From positions 1 through 24,326 of the IMG/VR virus record IMGVR_UViG_3300014613_000103: DNA of 24,326 bases; one strand, given 5' to 3'. Shown piece by piece: positions 23,217-24,326 of the stretch; position 1 is the stretch's first letter, and each line of letters opens with the position of its first letter. The stretch is from a virus. Its lineage: Duplodnaviria > Caudoviricetes. Under the pieces are notes generated by a model. That model saw nothing but the letters and a program-made list of their open reading frames with translations, made no database searches and had not been told where the DNA came from. Both the position numbers and the translations under genes were made by a program.

Positions 23217-23786
23217 ATGCCTAGGAAAAAGAGAGCTAACGTAGCACCAGAGTTTGTTGGGCATTACTACTTTTATGGGAAGGAGATTTGGGTACTGGAA
23301 GATTGTAGCACTGAGCCAATGGCTTGGATGCGTAATATCATCTCAGACCAGACAAAGGCAATGAGAATCTCTGCATTTGATGACTTCGTAAGGCTAGAGC
23401 CGGTATCCCCAATCCCTGAAGCTAAGAAGAAACGCAAGCCACGTTCCGATGCCGGGGAAACTCACGCCAAAAAGACTGTGGAGAGCAGCGACCCCATAGG
23501 AGATGCTGCACGAAAGCGAGTACCATGTCCCACTCCTCTGGAGTGGAAGGGGGAATTCGATGTTACCAAACTGTACTACAAAACACCACTTACGGAAGGG
23601 GAGAGCTATGAAGTGGGCTATGGGGAACACAAGGTTGTAGGAGCAACATACGAAGATGCAGTTCAAGGGTTGTTCAAAATACTTAACCTGTCCATCGGGG
23701 GTAAGGAACTGAAGGTCTTTCTTGAAACCATACCAGAGTGTCCTGAGAAGAATATACTGGTCAATATTTTGAAGGAGGAGAAGTAA
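23217..23786 (+). CDS. Hypothetical protein (189 aa) with a basic KRKPRSDAG motif
   Basis: AAGGAGG RBS; abuts both neighbours (TAA-ATG on each side). Confidence 0.7.
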   Translation: MPRKKRANVAPEFVGHYYFYGKEIWVLEDCSTEPMAWMRNIISDQTKAMRISAFDDFVRLEPVSPIPEAKKKRKPRSDAGETHAKKTVESSDPIGDAARKRVPCPTPLEWKGEFDVTKLYYKTPLTEGESYEVGYGEHKVVGATYEDAVQGLFKILNLSIGGKELKVFLETIPECPEKNILVNILKEEK

Positions 23787-24326
23787 ATGACAATGGGTAA
23801 AGAATTAACGCTAGGGCAGAACCAAGAAGTAGGCTTTGCTATCCCACCAGATATTGTTCTTGCTAATGCTATGACGGCGGCTAAAGCTCTGATGAGTGTG
23901 GTCTCGCTAAAAAAGAGGCCTGTCATTATGAACGGCGAACAGTATCTTGAATTCGATGATTGGCAGACCTGCGGTCAGTTTTATGGTTATACTGTCAGGA
24001 CTGGAGATGCTATACCAGTGGAGGTTGATGGTGTTAAGGGTGCAAAGGCCCATGCCGACTTGATTAACCTCAAAACAGGTGAGATTGTGGGCGGTGCCGA
24101 AGCCTACTGTATGAGGGATGAAGAACACTGGAACACTCGCCCTAAATATGAGTGGCAAGGTGAAGGTGGCGACCGCAAGAAAGTCAAGGCAGGGGATGAG
24201 ATTGTCCCTTGGTTTCAACTTGCTTCTATGGCACAGACAAGGGCAGGTGCTAAAGCCTTCCGCAACCGCTTGGCCTGGGTTGTAGTGTTAGCTGGCTATA
24301 AAGCTACACCAGCCGAGGAAATGACA
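23787..24326 (+). CDS. Putative single-strand annealing recombinase (RecT/Red-beta/ERF-like superfamily), 3'-truncated
   Basis: Not in the track; translated by hand: MTMGKELT...NGEQYLEFDDWQTCG...AEAYCMRDE..W...LASMAQTRAGAKAFRNRLAWVVVLAGYKATPAEEM, open to the window end. 'MAxxRAxxKA...TPAEEM' is an SSAP-type signature. Confidence 0.65.
   Translation, partial: MTMGKELTLGQNQEVGFAIPPDIVLANAMTAAKALMSVVSLKKRPVIMNGEQYLEFDDWQTCGQFYGYTVRTGDAIPVEVDGVKGAKAHADLINLKTGEIVGGAEAYCMRDEEHWNTRPKYEWQGEGGDRKKVKAGDEIVPWFQLASMAQTRAGAKAFRNRLAWVVVLAGYKATPAEEMT

Overview
The window is one contiguous piece of a tailed dsDNA phage genome (Caudoviricetes) with two divergent arms that meet at a repeat-rich control region (~16750-17790). 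The minus arm (16749 to 1) is the packaging and head module: small terminase, large terminase, portal, a 60-aa gene, a 2499-aa polyvalent/ejection-type protein, two small unannotated ORFs, scaffold, HK97-fold major capsid, probable decoration protein, two paralogous unknown proteins, a Maf/sialyltransferase-like protein and a truncated LamG-like protein. The plus arm (17211 to the end) is an early/accessory and recombination module: a free-standing LAGLIDADG endonuclease cassette, an LPD29-like protein, three genes with internal tandem arrays that vary almost only at non-synonymous codons, several small Cys-rich proteins and a truncated single-strand annealing protein. The most unusual signals are: (1) the three clustered combinatorial-repeat genes; (2) a large terminase whose nuclease seems to lack canonical catalytic aspartates; (3) a consensus sigma70 promoter that gives a leaderless terS mRNA, with a second promoter driving a candidate ~175-nt ncRNA; (4) a hairpin that appears to bridge a distant Shine-Dalgarno to its start codon; (5) a glycosyltransferase-like gene among the head genes. 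No integrase, repressor, tRNA, CRISPR array or reverse transcriptase is visible. All family assignments come from motif recognition by eye, not from database searches.
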